From the NCBI GenBank assembly GCA_964016885.1, contig OZ024740.1, positions 55,924,001 to 55,988,000 on the forward strand: a stretch of 64,000 nucleotides of DNA. Reading direction: 5' to 3'. The translations under genes were made by a program, and so were the position numbers. Below the pieces are notes generated by a model that had not been told where the DNA came from, did no database searches, and worked only from the letters and a program-made list of their open reading frames with translations. Shown here in pieces: positions 39,441 through 53,663 of this stretch. The DNA is from Eledone cirrhosa (lineage: Eukaryota). Each line of letters begins with the position of its first letter. Position 1 is the first letter of the stretch.

Positions 39441-41934
39441 GCGGAGTCAGAAAAAATGTTCAAGTTGGTACTGGTATCCCCGTGAGGCAATAGCTGTTGA
39501 TTGATCAGTAAATGACAGCAGTGCTGGTTGACTGGATGGGATTGGCGGTAATGCTTAATATAGCAGCATGACGTCACTAATATGGAGCACTCGGCCATAA
39601 TTAAAGAAAACCTTTTGAGAGTTAATTATAATAGTAAGGGTTTAGATCACTATCCAGTGATTTTCGATCTCGTTGCTTAAAATTTGTGCAACAAATTCAT
39701 TTGGAGCATAAGCATAGGATTAATTGTAATACAACATTGCCAGACAGAAGGCTAAGCTATGAAAACAGTGCACTTATTGTATAGACAGATTAGCATATGA
39801 AAACGTTAAAGTACTCACAATTTCATCAATATGTATTTATATAGTATAGTCCTAACGGCCAACCGTCTCCCTTTCGACTCAAAGTGCTCATGTCACGTTG
39901 AAGGAGGCTTCAGTATCTCTATTATCAAATAATTATTAGAATTTGAAAATACATTGGGACATTCAAGCACCCCATCAATTTGATACCCGGATTCTGCAAC
40001 AAAAGTTTGTATAGTTGAATACTGAAACATCAAAACACAAACTTACTCCAGCAATAATCGAAAGAAGAAATTGATTCATTGAAGATAACCTAACATTGCT
40101 TTGCATAACTTGGAATAATGTTTTACGCAAATATACACCTATCACAAACGCGCACGTGTATTCACACATACACACAAAACAGATAATACTAATGTCATTT
40201 ATAATAAGCAAAACTTAAGCTGGTACAAGTTTCTCTTTAAAGCAACAGGTGGTAAAATTTCTTCTGTATATGTTTAGATGTATCATCTTGTACTTCTGTG
40301 CACTTAAAACCTCACCAGTTCAATATGATGTTTTACAGAAAATATATTGCTTACAGGTGTCAAATGGTTTTATGAGAGAAAATCTTTATCATTATATATT
40401 ATTGTCTGAGACGTTTTTAGAAAACATTATATCAAATATATTTAAGTCATGTATATTTTTTGCCTCTATTTATCCAAGAATGATTGATACAAAATACATA
40501 TGAAGAAAGCTAAATACAAAAATGCAATGCATAAGGATGGCACGTGTTTTGTACATAGTTGTTTTTGTCATTCTGTTAATGCTTCATTCAGTTCTGGTTT
40601 ACCCCTCACATATTCACATTAAGAATGACAAATCTGATTTCCTTCCTAACCCTAAATGCATATTTATTAACTCATCTAAGTTAAATTGTCATAATACGTT
40701 AGCATATTTGTGACACTAACAATCTAGTAGAAGGTTCATAAGACTACTTCAATAGATGTGCAGCGTCACCGTTATCGACTGAAAAAAAAACTGCATATAC
40801 ACATGATGAATGTCTATACTTCTATCCCTAAGCGTTCTGAAGATAAGAAGTATTAACGACGTCAATGTGCATTGTCCCAGTTCATGACCATTGAGGTTGC
40901 TCATCCTAAATAGCTACTCTTATATCATGATGACACCTATTGGATTAAAAACAAAGGAGACTCATATTTGACAATTCTGTGTGGAGCTACAAGATGGGTA
41001 GTGTTAGAAATCTCATGAGATTACTTATACCGACGCCCTTCATATGCATACATACCCGCCCACGGATATTACATTTGTAAAGGACGATGGACAGGACGTT
41101 TCGGAGAACCTGATTAACCACAACGTGAATAGATTTGGGAAGGAACTAATATTAAGCATCCATCTGTTTGGCTTTAGCGTAACTATTGCCTTTAGCTTAA
41201 CTAAAGTTAGCTTTTTGAACCATACTTTAAACCAGACAATAAACACATACTACCCTATACAAAACTTAAAGTGGAAACCGTATATGTTCGCTAAAATTCG
41301 AATCTCTCCAACTATAATCTGAAACTTAACAATGCTCATCAGTAGAATAATCTGACATTTTTCTTCACATAAAAATACCTTCGACAGAAGAGCACCCCAT
41401 TAAAACAAGGTGCTTATAAGACTTTAGTGAGAAATTAGTGTACACGGAGGAAATAAACGGATTGAATACTATGTTCAACGTAGATGTTTCTATGAACATA
41501 GCCAGGAAGTATTTGTCCTTAATTATGCAACACCAAGCTCACAAATATACCACAAATATTTGTATATGTATAATGATGTCGTTATATAACATGGTTTCCA
41601 GCCTGGACAGTGATGTGAAAAGCTTCACTTCCCACTCGCGTTTTATCTGGAGATTTGCAGATTAGGGAAATTGTGGACAGCGCATAAACTTACACTTTCT
41701 TGATTCCTTTTTTTCCAACTAAAGGACGGGGCTGTCATCTTTGAGACTATATAAAAATGCACACATCGCAACTACCGTTTGTATCCCATAACAAGGAAAC
41801 TAAACTTTTATACTCTTGCCCTCATCAGAGCTCCTTCTTAACAAATTTAAATATAAATTAATGGAGGTTAATACTTCTTATGAATGGAATATTAAATTAC
41901 ACATATATATCAAACTGAGCATCTTTTTGATTTC

Positions 41935-42279
41935 CATGTGTTTAACATATGTGGGCATGCCTACAAAGTCAGAAAACAGCACAGCTCCCATGACTTTCGG
42001 AAACATTATTTCACGCTCAAAGTTACTGAAGCATGGCACAAACTACCTGTATCAGTTGTTAGCTGCCGAGGCACTGCATCCTTTAAAACCTCCATGCTTC
42101 CTGAGATTTGCCAACACTGCACCGGATGTCCCCCTCCATGCACACGCACACATGTATATCATGACTCAAACACTGTTCAATTTCCTGACATTTGTGCATT
42201 ATTTTATGTACTATACATGCACTTTTGATGAGTTTTAGTGTACCTGAGCACTGTACACAATAATTTCATTATTATTATT
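41935..42279 (+). mobile_element. CR1-clade LINE 3' end
   Basis: Peptide CGHAYKVRKQHSSHDFRKHYFTLKVTEAWHKLPVSVVSCRGTASFK matches the CR1 ORF2 C-terminal pattern. (ATT)n tail. Confidence 0.85.
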
Positions 42280-42281
42280 AA

Positions 42282-42393
42282 AACCCCGCCGAGGTTAACT
42301 TTGCCTTTCCTCCTTACGGGGTCGATAAAATAAAGTACCAGTAATGCACTGGGTAATTGCTGGCCTTGTGCCAAAAGTAGAAACAATTATTAT
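42282..42393 (+). mobile_element. SINE family A, 5'-truncated
   Basis: Core and tail only. Confidence 0.85.
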
Positions 42394-43950
42394 TAAATGC
42401 AATGGAGAATACTTTTACCCATTGAGCAACAGTTCTCTCCCATCCAGTAACCTCTTACTCGAAACTATTGTACTTAGCAGATGTTCAATTAGATGATCTC
42501 CTACATCAACCAAACTGAACAATGAGAACGATCCTTACTCAACATCTAATAACAATCATATTTATCTAGAAGCAGTGGTTGCATGCAGTTGTAACGCATT
42601 AAAAGGATCAGACTCGTATTTTGTGCCTGTAAAACCTTTAGTAATACAGATCGGAGTCAAGCATATATATTTATATATATAATGTTTAATATAGAAATGG
42701 TTTCTAAAAGAGTACAACAGTTTCATTCGAAAGAAATCATCGGGAAAGCGTGTGTTTGTAGATGATTTTATCTTTTGAGAGCCACTATAAGGCATATGGG
42801 TTTGAAAACTAAATACTCTACTAAGCATTGAGTACCTTACTTACGGTGGTTACCCCCATTTCTACTAATAAAACCACTTTCCTACACACATACACACACA
42901 CACAAAATATATATATATTCTCTCCATCTTAACATACTTCCACACACACCCATAACACCCATACACACACACACAACTCCCTCCCCCATTTCTACTAATA
43001 GAATCATCTTCCTATACACACACACACACACAAGCACACAAATAAACATACATATCTCTACTTTCTTTATTTCAATAGAAAGTCTAAATTCTGACACCCC
43101 AGCGAACCAGCCATATTCACTGAACCAGAACAATTCTCCCATCCCATTTCTCTTGACCATTATCCCTTTTTTTGTCATAAAATTCTCTAAAAGGCTACAA
43201 AATAAATTCCCAAATACGGGCGCGAAATTTAATGAACTTGTTCACGTGACAGTCATAATTTCATTTATAACCAATCAAATTACATTTATTTAAAAAAAGC
43301 CTTCGTGAGCCACTTTTTTTATGTAAAAAGAAATTCAAACAAACTGACGCGAAAGCTGATGTGCTTATTCACGTGACTGCATCAACCAACCAAACTTCAC
43401 TCATATATGAAAAAACAACCTGAGCCCCCCCCCCCCCCCCCCCCCTTCGTTTGAAGGACTTTGTAACGCGAACTGGCGCGAAATTTGTTATACTTATTGA
43501 CCGACCAATCAAATGACTTCTCTAAAAATCTGGCGTTTCGAGCCACTTTTTTCCATATAAAGCAAGTAACATTCAAAGACCAACCAGATGTGAGAAAAAC
43601 CACAGACCCTCCATCTCAACTCTACTTTTGAAAAGCAGAAGAACTGCGAAACCGGTAAAGGAACCAAATAAATATATATATATATTTTTAAATAAAACTC
43701 AAGTTGCATTTTCGATTTCATCTTTTTTTCTTTATACTTTCACTCGTGTAGGACACCTCGGTTATTTTTCATTTTGTAAAAAAATCCCACTTTCTAATAT
43801 ATATATATATATATATATAATAGTAGAACACTTGAGGGTTATATCCGTAGTAGTAGAACACTCAGTCCATGGGACGTGTTTGGTAGAAGTAGTTCCACAG
43901 CAGTTAGCTCACCATACCGAGGGTGAAGTAACTGTTGTGGGACTACTTAC

Positions 43951-43985
<35 letters not shown>

Positions 43986-44894
43986 CATGTATGTATGTAT
44001 GTTTGTGTGTGTGTGAGCGTGTGTTTGTAGGTGATTTTATGTTTTGAAAGCTACTATAAGGCAGGTAGGTTTGTAATATTTGGCAACAAAGTCGAGTGAT
44101 GAAACAGATAGGTGGGGTTCAGTGGAGATGACGAAAAGAGGAGAGAAAGAAAAGATAAAAAATCAGAGATAATATTTATTTGTCCCTATATTTCACATGT
44201 ACCATCCATTTTCATGGGGTCCAAAGGGAATCTCGGAGCATCTCCAGAGGCTTTTTTTAAATTTTTAATTTTTAAGTTCATTATGGGATGAATAGCTCAT
44301 CAGAATCTAACTAAATTTAAATAATCTACTTCTCCAATGGGAGAAACATTTTAACTTCGTGAGCGAAGTTGTAAATAATAACGTTTAAAATATAATAAAT
44401 CATAGAAAATATAAGGTGCACATATACATACAAGCACTCACCATACAAATATATAATTAGGTGTGTGTATATGCGAGTGTATGTGTGTGTGTGTGTGCGC
44501 GCGAGCGTGTAAGTGTTTGTATGGGCCTATATGCATTCATAAATAAAGCTGCGCTATCTGAATTTGATGATTGTGAAGATGCTGAAATCACGAGAAATTA
44601 CTCTTTACAATAAATTTAGTTCCTTACGTGCTACTCATATAATGAAATATGAGCAAGGAGACAACTCTTAGATCTACGTCCTTTGTAGCAATTCAAGATA
44701 ATACTACTGAGCTGGTTTATAAGATAATTTCGTGAAAACAACAGTCAGGTTTCGATCAAATTGGATCTCCTCGCCGAAACATACTCTCTCAATATATATT
44801 TTGTAATATTTGAGGATGGACATTTTGCCAATTTTGCAAATAGCAAACACAGTCATAATTTGCCTTTCACTTCAACTTTATTATTATTAGTTAT

Positions 44895-45800
44895 TGGAGT
44901 CCAAGACAGCTGATGAACAGTCTGGTTTTCGCCAGGGATGCAGCACAGCAGACCAAATATTCACACTGCGGCAGGTTTTCGAAAAATCTTGAGAATATTG
45001 TCAAGAGGTACATTCGTGTTATGTCGAACTTGAAAAAACATATGACTGCATTCCACGGGCACTGATATGGAAGTTTCTGCAGGAGTATGAGATTGATGGT
45101 CAGCTTCTTGCTGCCATGCTGTCTCTATATGAATGCCCAAGTATTTGTGTTATGATAAATGGTGCTAAATTGAAAGCCTATATGGCTGGAATAAAAATCA
45201 GTGCAGCGAAAACATTCATCCTCTCACAGAAGCTGCGTATAGCACTCTACATGTGAATGGAGTTCCACTGAAACAGATAGAGATGTTCAAGTAGCTCGGG
45301 GCTGTGTTCACGAGTGATGGAGTGCAAAAAGCTGAATTAAATTGCAGAAGTGGGTACAATGATGCGTCAACTTCAGCATTCAGTAATCAGAAGAAGGGAG
45401 GTAGACGTAAAAGCCAAACTAGCTATCTTCAATTCGGTGTTCTTGCCAACCCTTAACCGTGTTTCATGAATCTGTTTTAACATCACTTGATAGAGTGCGT
45501 TGCTCGGAGATCAGAGCATCACTCCAAGAAGAGCTGCTCCTTCCCCAAATTGAGAGATCACAGATCCGATACTATGGGTATGTGGTTAGAATGTCTCAGG
45601 AAAGAATCGCTGGGCAGATTTTACGGGCAAAACCAAGCGGCACGATACCCAGGGATAAACCCCGAGCAAGAAGGTTGGATAACATACATGAGCTTGGCTG
45701 GTCTCGCTTTGGGATCCAGCAGGATCAGTTGGAGACGGTTGGTTGCTTCTGTTGGAGAAGATGGAGACGGACCCACTGGAAGGAGAGTTTGAGGACTCTG
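44895..45800 (+). pseudogene. RTE-clade (Expander/Rex3-like) LINE reverse transcriptase remnant
   Basis: DEQSGFRQGCSTADQIFTLRQVFEKS*EY...ELEKTYDCIPRALIWKFLQEYEIDG and C-terminal IERSQIRYYGYVVRM...KPRARRLD. Stops, frameshifts and an internal deletion are present. Confidence 0.9.
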
Positions 45801-46304
45801 CCTCTCTGGTTATCAGTTTTATTCGTATTTTCTAATGTATGTCGTGTTTGTAAATGTGTGAATATGTATATGATTTAGTTCTTGTTAGTAAATGATGGTG
45901 CAATAAGTAAAACATTTGACGTTATGCAAAGCATGTGACGTTATGGAAAAGTGATATCCTGTGGCTAGCGCAGGAACGGAGTGAAGTATTCATTAGAATC
46001 AACAAAATACAGAATGAAGACCATCGTTACAATAACACCGATTTGGCAAGCCATTCCCTAATCACATCGGTCCTCTATTTTCTATTTTCTATTTTTGTTG
46101 GTGTTCGCCGTAATCCTGTTATCTTATGGAAATAATTCTGCAATTAACAGTTGATGAAATCGCCTAGGTCTTGATCAGATGGTAAAATTGTGTCATCGAA
46201 ATACGTACAGTGTTCAATTGTAAAGAATGTTTCCAGTCCGGCCTTCTACTACCCTAATTATCGAGTACTCTGGTGAGTAATGGTCTAACCACTTTCAAAC
46301 TGAA

Positions 46305-46355
<51 letters not shown>

Positions 46356-46573
46356 AATTAAGTTAAAGTGTACATCTACATATGTATACGGAAGTATTAG
46401 TATGCATATAAATACACACATGTATACATATGTACATGTACTCAGCTTTTCACTAGACACTTTACAGTGAGTGTCAGCTAGTCTGTATGTAACCACACAG
46501 GCGGACCGGGTTTTAGAGTCATACGAGTTTTCAAGGAAACACATTTCCTCTATTCCCCAGAGGGCCAGACAGG

Positions 46574-46618
46574 AATATTGGACTAGTTTCGATGTTATTA
46601 CATCTCATCAGCAATATT
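46574..46618 (-). ncRNA. Minimal type I hammerhead ribozyme, copy 1
   Basis: aatattg-CTGATGA-gatgt-aata-acatc-GAAA-C-TA-G-TC|caatatt. All core nucleotides are canonical. Confidence 0.9.
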
Positions 46619-47042
46619 TACCCATCTTCCGGCTTCTCTGGAGAATTGTAAAAGCATATATCGTTATATGCTTTTTCTATGAAAATTAGTAGTGGGTAGA
46701 CTAATTTGCATAGAACGTGAGTCATTGTACGCACCGGTTCAGCGGAAACGATAAAAACAAATAACGAAACGAAATTAAATTTTGTTTCGCTTCTAACTCA
46801 CTTTTGTATGACTGACGCTTAAACAATTAAGTTAAAGTGTACATCTACATATGTATACGGAAGTATTAGTATGCATATAAATACACACATGTATACATAT
46901 GTACATGTACTCAGCTTTTCACTAGACACTTTACAGTGAGTGTCAGCTAGTCTGTATGTAACCACACAGGCGGACCGGGTTTTAGAGTCATACGAGTTTT
47001 CAAGGAAACACATTTCCTCTATTCTCCAGAGGGCCAGACAGG

Positions 47043-47087
47043 AATATTGGACTAGTTTCGATGTTATTACATCTCATCAGCAATATT
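47043..47087 (-). ncRNA. Minimal type I hammerhead ribozyme, copy 2
   Basis: Identical to copy 1 and 469 bp away. Confidence 0.9.
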
Positions 47088-47556
47088 TACCCACCTTCCG
47101 GCTTCTCTGGAGAATTGTAAAAGCATATATCGTTATATGCTTTTTCTATGAAAATTAGTAGTGGGTAGACTAATTTGCATAGAACGTGAGTCATTGTACG
47201 CACCGGTTCAGCGGAAACGATAAAAAAGCTGACACTCACTGTAAAGTGTCTAGTGAAAAGCTGAGTACATGTACATATGTATACATGTGTGTATTTATAT
47301 GCATACTAATACTTCCGTATACATATGTAGATGTACACTTTAACTTAATTGTTTAAGCGTCAGTCATACAAAAGTGAGTTAGAAGCGAAACGAAATTTAA
47401 TTTCGTTTCGTTATTTGTTTTTATCGTTTCCGCTGAACCGGTGCGTACAATGACTCACGTTCTATGCAAATTAGTCTACCCACTACTAATTTTCATAGAA
47501 AAAGCATATAACGATATATGCTTTTACAATTCTCCAGAGAAGCCGGAAGATGGGTA

Positions 47557-47601
47557 AATATTGCTGATGAGATGTAATAACATCGAAACTAGTCCAATAT
47601 T
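47557..47601 (+). ncRNA. Minimal type I hammerhead ribozyme, copy 3
   Basis: Identical motif in the inverted arm. Confidence 0.9.
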
Positions 47602-47886
47602 CCTGTCTGGCCCTCTGGAGAATAGAGGAAATGTGTTTCCTTGAAAACTCATATGACTCTAAAACCCGGTCCGCCTGTGTGGTTACATACAGACTAGCTG
47701 ACACTCACTGTAAAGTGTCTAGTGAAAAGCTGAGTACATGTACATATGTATACATGTGTGTATTTATATGCATACTAATACTTCCGTATACATATGTAGA
47801 TGTACACTTTAACTTAATTGTTTAAGCGTCAGTCATACAAAAGTGAGTTAGAAGCGAAACGAAATTTAATTTCGTTTCGTTATTTG

Positions 47887-47994
<108 letters not shown>

Positions 47995-47998
47995 GGTC

Positions 47999-49135
47999 TA
48001 TGGTTACAAGAAAAATTGCGTCCGTGGGCGGTATGCCGGGTGAACACTCGATGCTCGCGCAAAGCAGAGTATAATACTGTAAGAATAAAGGAAAAAAGTT
48101 TCAGTGTTGCATCATAACATATTTAATAACATATTACATATGTTTCACTATCGATCAGCTCGAAGAACGACCTAGTATTGATTGAACCTGACTCTGTAAT
48201 CGAAAAATCATCAGATATGTTTCCTATGTGATCTCTTCTCCGATTCTATGCGTGAAATCCTCCAGTGAGTAGATATATATACAGCGCATTCTAACAATAT
48301 GGTATTTTGCGTCCGCTCATTGGTTCATTTTCTCATCATCATCATCACTCTATCCTCGAACTAACGTCTGTCTCTCATCCAGTCAAGCTAACGTGTGCGT
48401 TCATGCATGGAAGACCGGAGGCCTGTCTCCCACTGCTAGACCTGGTTGAAGCGTTCGCCAGGCTATAGGTCATACTTAGGGGCCGATGTCCTTGGCAAGC
48501 AGTGTGTGTATATACGTATGTGTGTATATATGTGTATGTGTACGTATGTGTGTGTACGTATGTGTCCGTGTCTATTTACATATATGTGTGTGTAGCTATG
48601 TGTATGAACGTGTCTATGTATGTAGGTGTGTATGTGATATATGAGTATATGTAGGGATCTGTGTGTGAATACATGCGTACCAGAGATATATATATGTAAG
48701 TCGCTATCTGGTTTGTCTTTCATGTCCTAACTTTAGCCGCCCTCCTCTAACTGCTTGCCAAGGACATCTGCCTCTAAGTATGACCTGAGTGAACGCTTCA
48801 ACCAAGTCTAGCAGTGGGAGGCAGGCTTACGGTCTTCCATGCATGAACGCACACGACAGCTTGACCGGATGAGTGACAGATGTTACTTCGGGTATAGACT
48901 GATGATGATGATGAGTGAATGAACCAATGAGCGGGTTGTTAGAATGCGGTGTATATATATCTACTAACTGGAGTATTTCACACAAAGAGATCACATAGGA
49001 TCTCTTTAGATTACAGAGTTTGGTTCGGTCAATGATAGGTTGTTCATCGAGCTGATCGACAGTGAAACATATGTAATATATTATTAAATATGTTATGAAG
49101 CAACACTAAATCTTTGTTCCTTTATTCTTATAGTA
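47999..49135. mobile_element. Diverged head-to-head pair of PLE-like pLTR elements (47999-48503 minus, 48750-49135 plus)
   Basis: The ~400-bp arms are complementary with many substitutions and indels. The right arm ends in (TA)n. Confidence 0.8.
48128..48221 (-). ncRNA. Type I hammerhead ribozyme with long stem II
   Basis: aacatat-CTGATGA-ttttcgat...atcgatagt-GAAA-C-ATAT-G-TA|atatgtt. The right-arm copy has lost the CTGATGA segment. Confidence 0.7.
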
Positions 49136-49194
49136 TATATATATATATATATATAAGTTTATCCCGGGTTGAAACACTTCTATTCCTGTAGAAG

Positions 49195-49250
<56 letters not shown>

Positions 49251-51719
49251 GAGCTTCTTCTATATTAAAACTGTTATACTCTGCTATGTATTGAGTACCT
49301 TACTTACTGCGGTTACCTCCGATTCAACCCGGAATTACTTATATATATATATATAAGCAAAACGGTGCTCCGGTGTAATCTAAGTAAAAGTCTATTATAC
49401 ACTTTTATACATTAAAGATGTATGCTTAGGAGATTTAACGCAGGAGGCTGTGTGTGTAGTTATTGTAGTTTGATTTTGTTTTCAATTTTACTAGTCATAT
49501 ATTTACAACTGTATGCATTTCTCTTATAATTCCTTTCTATAAATATGTCTGTGTAAGTATGTGTATATTTAACATAAATTGTTTTTAGCTATTGTGAGCT
49601 TCCAACTGATTCTCTAAAAGAGCCTGCAAGCCTTGTATTGGAAAAAAATTAGAAAATAAAAGTATCGCTAACACGCTATTGTATGCAAGGGAGAGAACTG
49701 TGTTGACCTTTTGACGAAATGGTTAACTGACGTCAGATTTCAATAGATCTCAAGACTGATCAACTATTCAGACTGTCATCGTTGTGACATTGTTCCATAC
49801 AAATAGACATAAATTAATTCACAGAGTCTTCGATTGACATTTTGTCCAGTTTAGGCCATTTACCAGGTTGTAACATTGCAGTTATTTGAATGGATAAATA
49901 AATTTAAAAGAACAATCTAAAATATTCGATAGACAAATATCAAAAGTATTCTTTTTCAATTGTAATATGATCGATTTATTTTGACATGGAAAAAGAGGTC
50001 AAAATTTAAATAAAATGGAAGTAACGTTGTCGATTATATCTCAGTATCATCGTCTCGAAAGATGAAAAGCCACTCAATGTTTATTAAAGGTAACGATAAT
50101 CTATTTTACTGAAGTAAGATATGATTTGTTCTGTTAATTGAGTAACTGATGTTAAAAAATTAATGCATGCTTTAAAAGAATACAAATACATTATATAAAG
50201 TCAAGAATAGCAACAGTTGACAAAGATTAAAACATGTTGGGGTTTTTTTCAGAAGAAATTTAATAAATTGAAATTAGTTCCAAAATTAATACCACTTACT
50301 TAATCTCAACAATAAATTTGTATGAAACTCGGGTGGGATTTAACACCTGTTGGACACCTAATGATTTTAAATGAATTGATTAAGACAGCTTGTGAATAAT
50401 TTGCACACACATATGCATGCTTCTATGTAGGCCACAGTTTTATATAAATGGTTATGTGCTAGGATCTAAAGCAGCAAAGGTACCAATGAAAGCCATAATT
50501 ACTTTGTAAATGATATAAAGATCTATACTAGAAATGCATACAATGCTGAGAAATAGCTATAGTTAATAACATTATCACCTAGTATATGGATGGAATTTGG
50601 TAAGAAAAAAATGTTCATTTTTTTTTAGCTAAACGCAGAAATTGTTTTTTCTCAAACAAAACCTTTGCTTAATTAATCGTTCAACACAAGGAATTCTGCA
50701 AATACCTAGACATTGACAAATGAGTATCATATATATTTATTAGGAACAAATAACGTAATTAAAGAATATACTTGTCTTAACAAAATATGGCAATATCGCA
50801 CTCTGTTTTTTCAGTAACAGTACTGATACTAACATTTGAAATACATGACTGGTCAATAGAGGAAATCGGCTCCGCAGATATTAAACACTACAAGATGCTA
50901 ACAGGTACGGGGAGATTAGTCCTGCAGAAATAGTGATATCGAGAGGCTCAGATTCAGAAGAAAAGAAATGTCATGAAGCTTACGATCAGTGCAGATGTCA
51001 CGTGGTGTCTCTTTGTCTGTGTCTGCGAAGCAACGACAGCAAAAGTAAATACATCAAGTGTTGAAATGTGAAAAGAACAACATTCTAAGGGTCGGTAATG
51101 GCTGCTTCAGAATATTCCTACTTTCTCCTTGCATTTAATGCAATGCCTGAACTGCTAATCTAGCATCACTCAAGAAAAACATAATAAACAATATGCCTAA
51201 TAAAATATGTTATGATGGGTATATTTTCTGTTAACCTGTGGATGACACTTACATTGTCATAAAATGTAGCCTCTCTTGGGCTCGTTAACATTATACAATA
51301 TCACCTTTCGAAAGGGGACAACTTTGGAAAACCTAATGAATGAAGAGCGAGTAAAGCTCTTAAAAAGCTAAGATTCAGTGGATGCTGGTTAAATTGAATT
51401 TATTTATTTTGACGATCTTATATGTAATCAGCAACTCCCCAAAGCAAGGTACTACCTCACAATACGACATAATGTTGCTAAAACAATATGTATGACATTC
51501 GAATAAAAGACTAGCCTGAGATAAATATGAAGAATATAAATATTATTGAATATATTCGCACAGGTTTGACCATGCATTTTCACCACAGTGCAATGTTAAA
51601 CACGTTTTGCAGAAGACCAATAATGTAGTGCAAGGTAAAGATAAAGGCAGATACATCTTGGCAACAGTGATGTTACAGGCGCCCTCAAAATGCAAAAGTA
51701 ATACCACAAGATGATGCCC

Positions 51720-51890
51720 GACGTATAGTCCCGCTAATTCCCTGCACTTGACTGGTATTTTATATATCAACCCTGGAAGGAAGAAACGCAACGTTGACCT
51801 CAACTGGATTTGAATTCAGAACGACGAAGGCCAAAACAGATACTGTGAAACCTTTCAATCCAACACTCTAACAAATTTACTATTTCGCCC
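51720..51890 (-). mobile_element. Decayed SINE family A
   Basis: actggtattttatatatcaaccctggaagg...gttgacctcaactggatttgaattcaga. Confidence 0.6.
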
Positions 51891-52824
51891 GTGTTATTAA
51901 ATGTATATATAAATATCAATACAAGGAAGATTAAGGATGGCAGGATTGGGGGTGTGCATTCCCATCAAATAGTTTTTTTTTAACCGAATGCATTCTTTTA
52001 ACACTTAATATCTTACAAAACAAGCACGAAATTGATAGCTCACCAATATAACATCTCACAGCAGTGTTGATACCGGCGGGTTTTTGAATGAGAAGATATA
52101 AGTTTAAAAGTTAAATATTTTAAGTCTCTCAGCTGTTTGTGTCACTCTGTCTTCGTCTGTCAATTAATGTCGTGGATTAAGTCTGTGTCAGAGTACAATG
52201 AAGCAGCGTTTTCCACAAGGAAACCCACTTCAAAAGGAATGCAAATTGCTATACTAAAATAGCCCATGGCACAGTCCTAATGGTGAAATATTTCCTAGAT
52301 GTTTCAAACTTCGAGGTAAGGTAATTCTGTCACTTCAGCTTGAATTGAAAACCTAATTCTAAAAGGATTTATGTTACATGAAAATCAATGCGAATTAGAT
52401 GCGTTTAGCAATATGGTCTCTAACTAGAACATTAAACCTGTATTGGGCCAACGCAACAAAGGACACATGACGCATTGCGTTAATGATAGAATATGTGTGG
52501 CATTATTCCATCACGATGACTTTCAAAGCTACTTCCTACTCACAAGAATAATCACTGCTCTTCATAGGCATACTTTGGCTGTTAGATTTCACACTTTCAT
52601 TTGCCTCTAAAGCAGAGTTAATGCGAACAAGATTCAGTTGGTTTGTGAGAAGCCTAGTATTTCACTCGTACTTCGTGTTAACGACTACGGAAGTTAGAAA
52701 GGCGATGTTAGCAGCAATGGGATGTGAACTTATAAACAATAAAGAGCAGAAATTTATTACTGCAAGGCATTTTGTCCAACACTTGCATCTCCCAACAAAT
52801 ATATATATAAACATATTACATTGA

Positions 52825-53014
52825 ATAATTGTTTTTACTTTTGGCACAAGGCCAGCAATTACTCAGTACATTACTGGTACTTTATTTTATCGATCCCGTA
52901 AGGATGAAAGGCAAAGTTAACCTCGGTGGGATTTGAACTCAGACCGTAAAGGGACGTAACTACGCTGGAAAGCATGGCGTCCGACTCTCTATCGATACTG
53001 CCAATCCACCGCCC
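52825..53014 (-). mobile_element. SINE family A, full length
   Basis: Consensus match with TSD ttacattgaataat. Confidence 0.9.
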
Positions 53015-53386
53015 TTACATTGAATAATAAATACCACGCAGCAAGTACTTAAAAAATAATACATCAACTAGCGAGTTACTAAAATACGTTTAATGTTGTG
53101 TTAGTCGAGTTGCTTATGTGTTCTATAAAATATATCACTTGGAGGAATTAAATGTTAACAATCTTGAACACGTCTATACAGCTTTTTATGTTATATTGCT
53201 TTAAGCACAAATCTATCAATATACGAGTCGGCAACATATGGCCATGTGCAGGAGGGTGCACGTACATATACATAGACACAAACACGCATACATTCTGGCT
53301 TACTATATCTATGTATTTGTTCTGAGATTACTATATTTGCCATTTATATAACGGTATACACTTGCTAAAATAATGTCATAACCTAT

Positions 53387-53453
<67 letters not shown>

Positions 53454-53604
53454 GTGTGTATGTGTGTGTGTGTGCGCGTGTGTGTGTGTGTGTGTGTTAT
53501 GTGTATGTATATATAAAGTATAAATACATAGTGTGTAATCGACATTACACTAATGTGTATAAATATGCACATATCTTATATGTAGGCATGTAAACATTAA
53601 AAAC

Positions 53605-53663
53605 AAGAAGAAGAAGAAGAAGAAGAAGAAGAAGAAGAAGAAGAAGAAGAAGAAGAAGAAGAA
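53605..53663. repeat. (AAG)n microsatellite
   Basis: Direct reading. Confidence 0.98.

Larger units (their letters stand above)
42153..46330 (+). repeat. Segmental duplication, copy 1 (copy 2 at 59828-64000)
   Basis: Identical ORF translations at an offset of 17675/17670. The differences I saw are in microsatellite and homopolymer lengths. Confidence 0.95.

Noticed and set aside
44742-44775. Hammerhead-like GCGAGGA-gatc..gatc-GAAAC on the minus strand
   Set aside because: Core and cleavage triplet are non-canonical and there is no stem I.
46151-46212. TTGATGA...gatggta/tgtcatc-GAAATACGTAC hammerhead-like motif
   Set aside because: Too degenerate to call, although the downstream tail motif and TA tract suggest a decayed pLTR.
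46471-47825. Repeated 64-72 aa ORFs in the 469-nt unit
   Set aside because: Non-ATG or weak starts and no recognisable domain. They repeat only because the unit repeats.
50815-50904. Possible 90-nt exon with acceptor and donor (TVLILTFEIHDWSIEEIGSADIKHYKMLT)
   Set aside because: Short with no recognisable domain; expected by chance without RNA-seq support.
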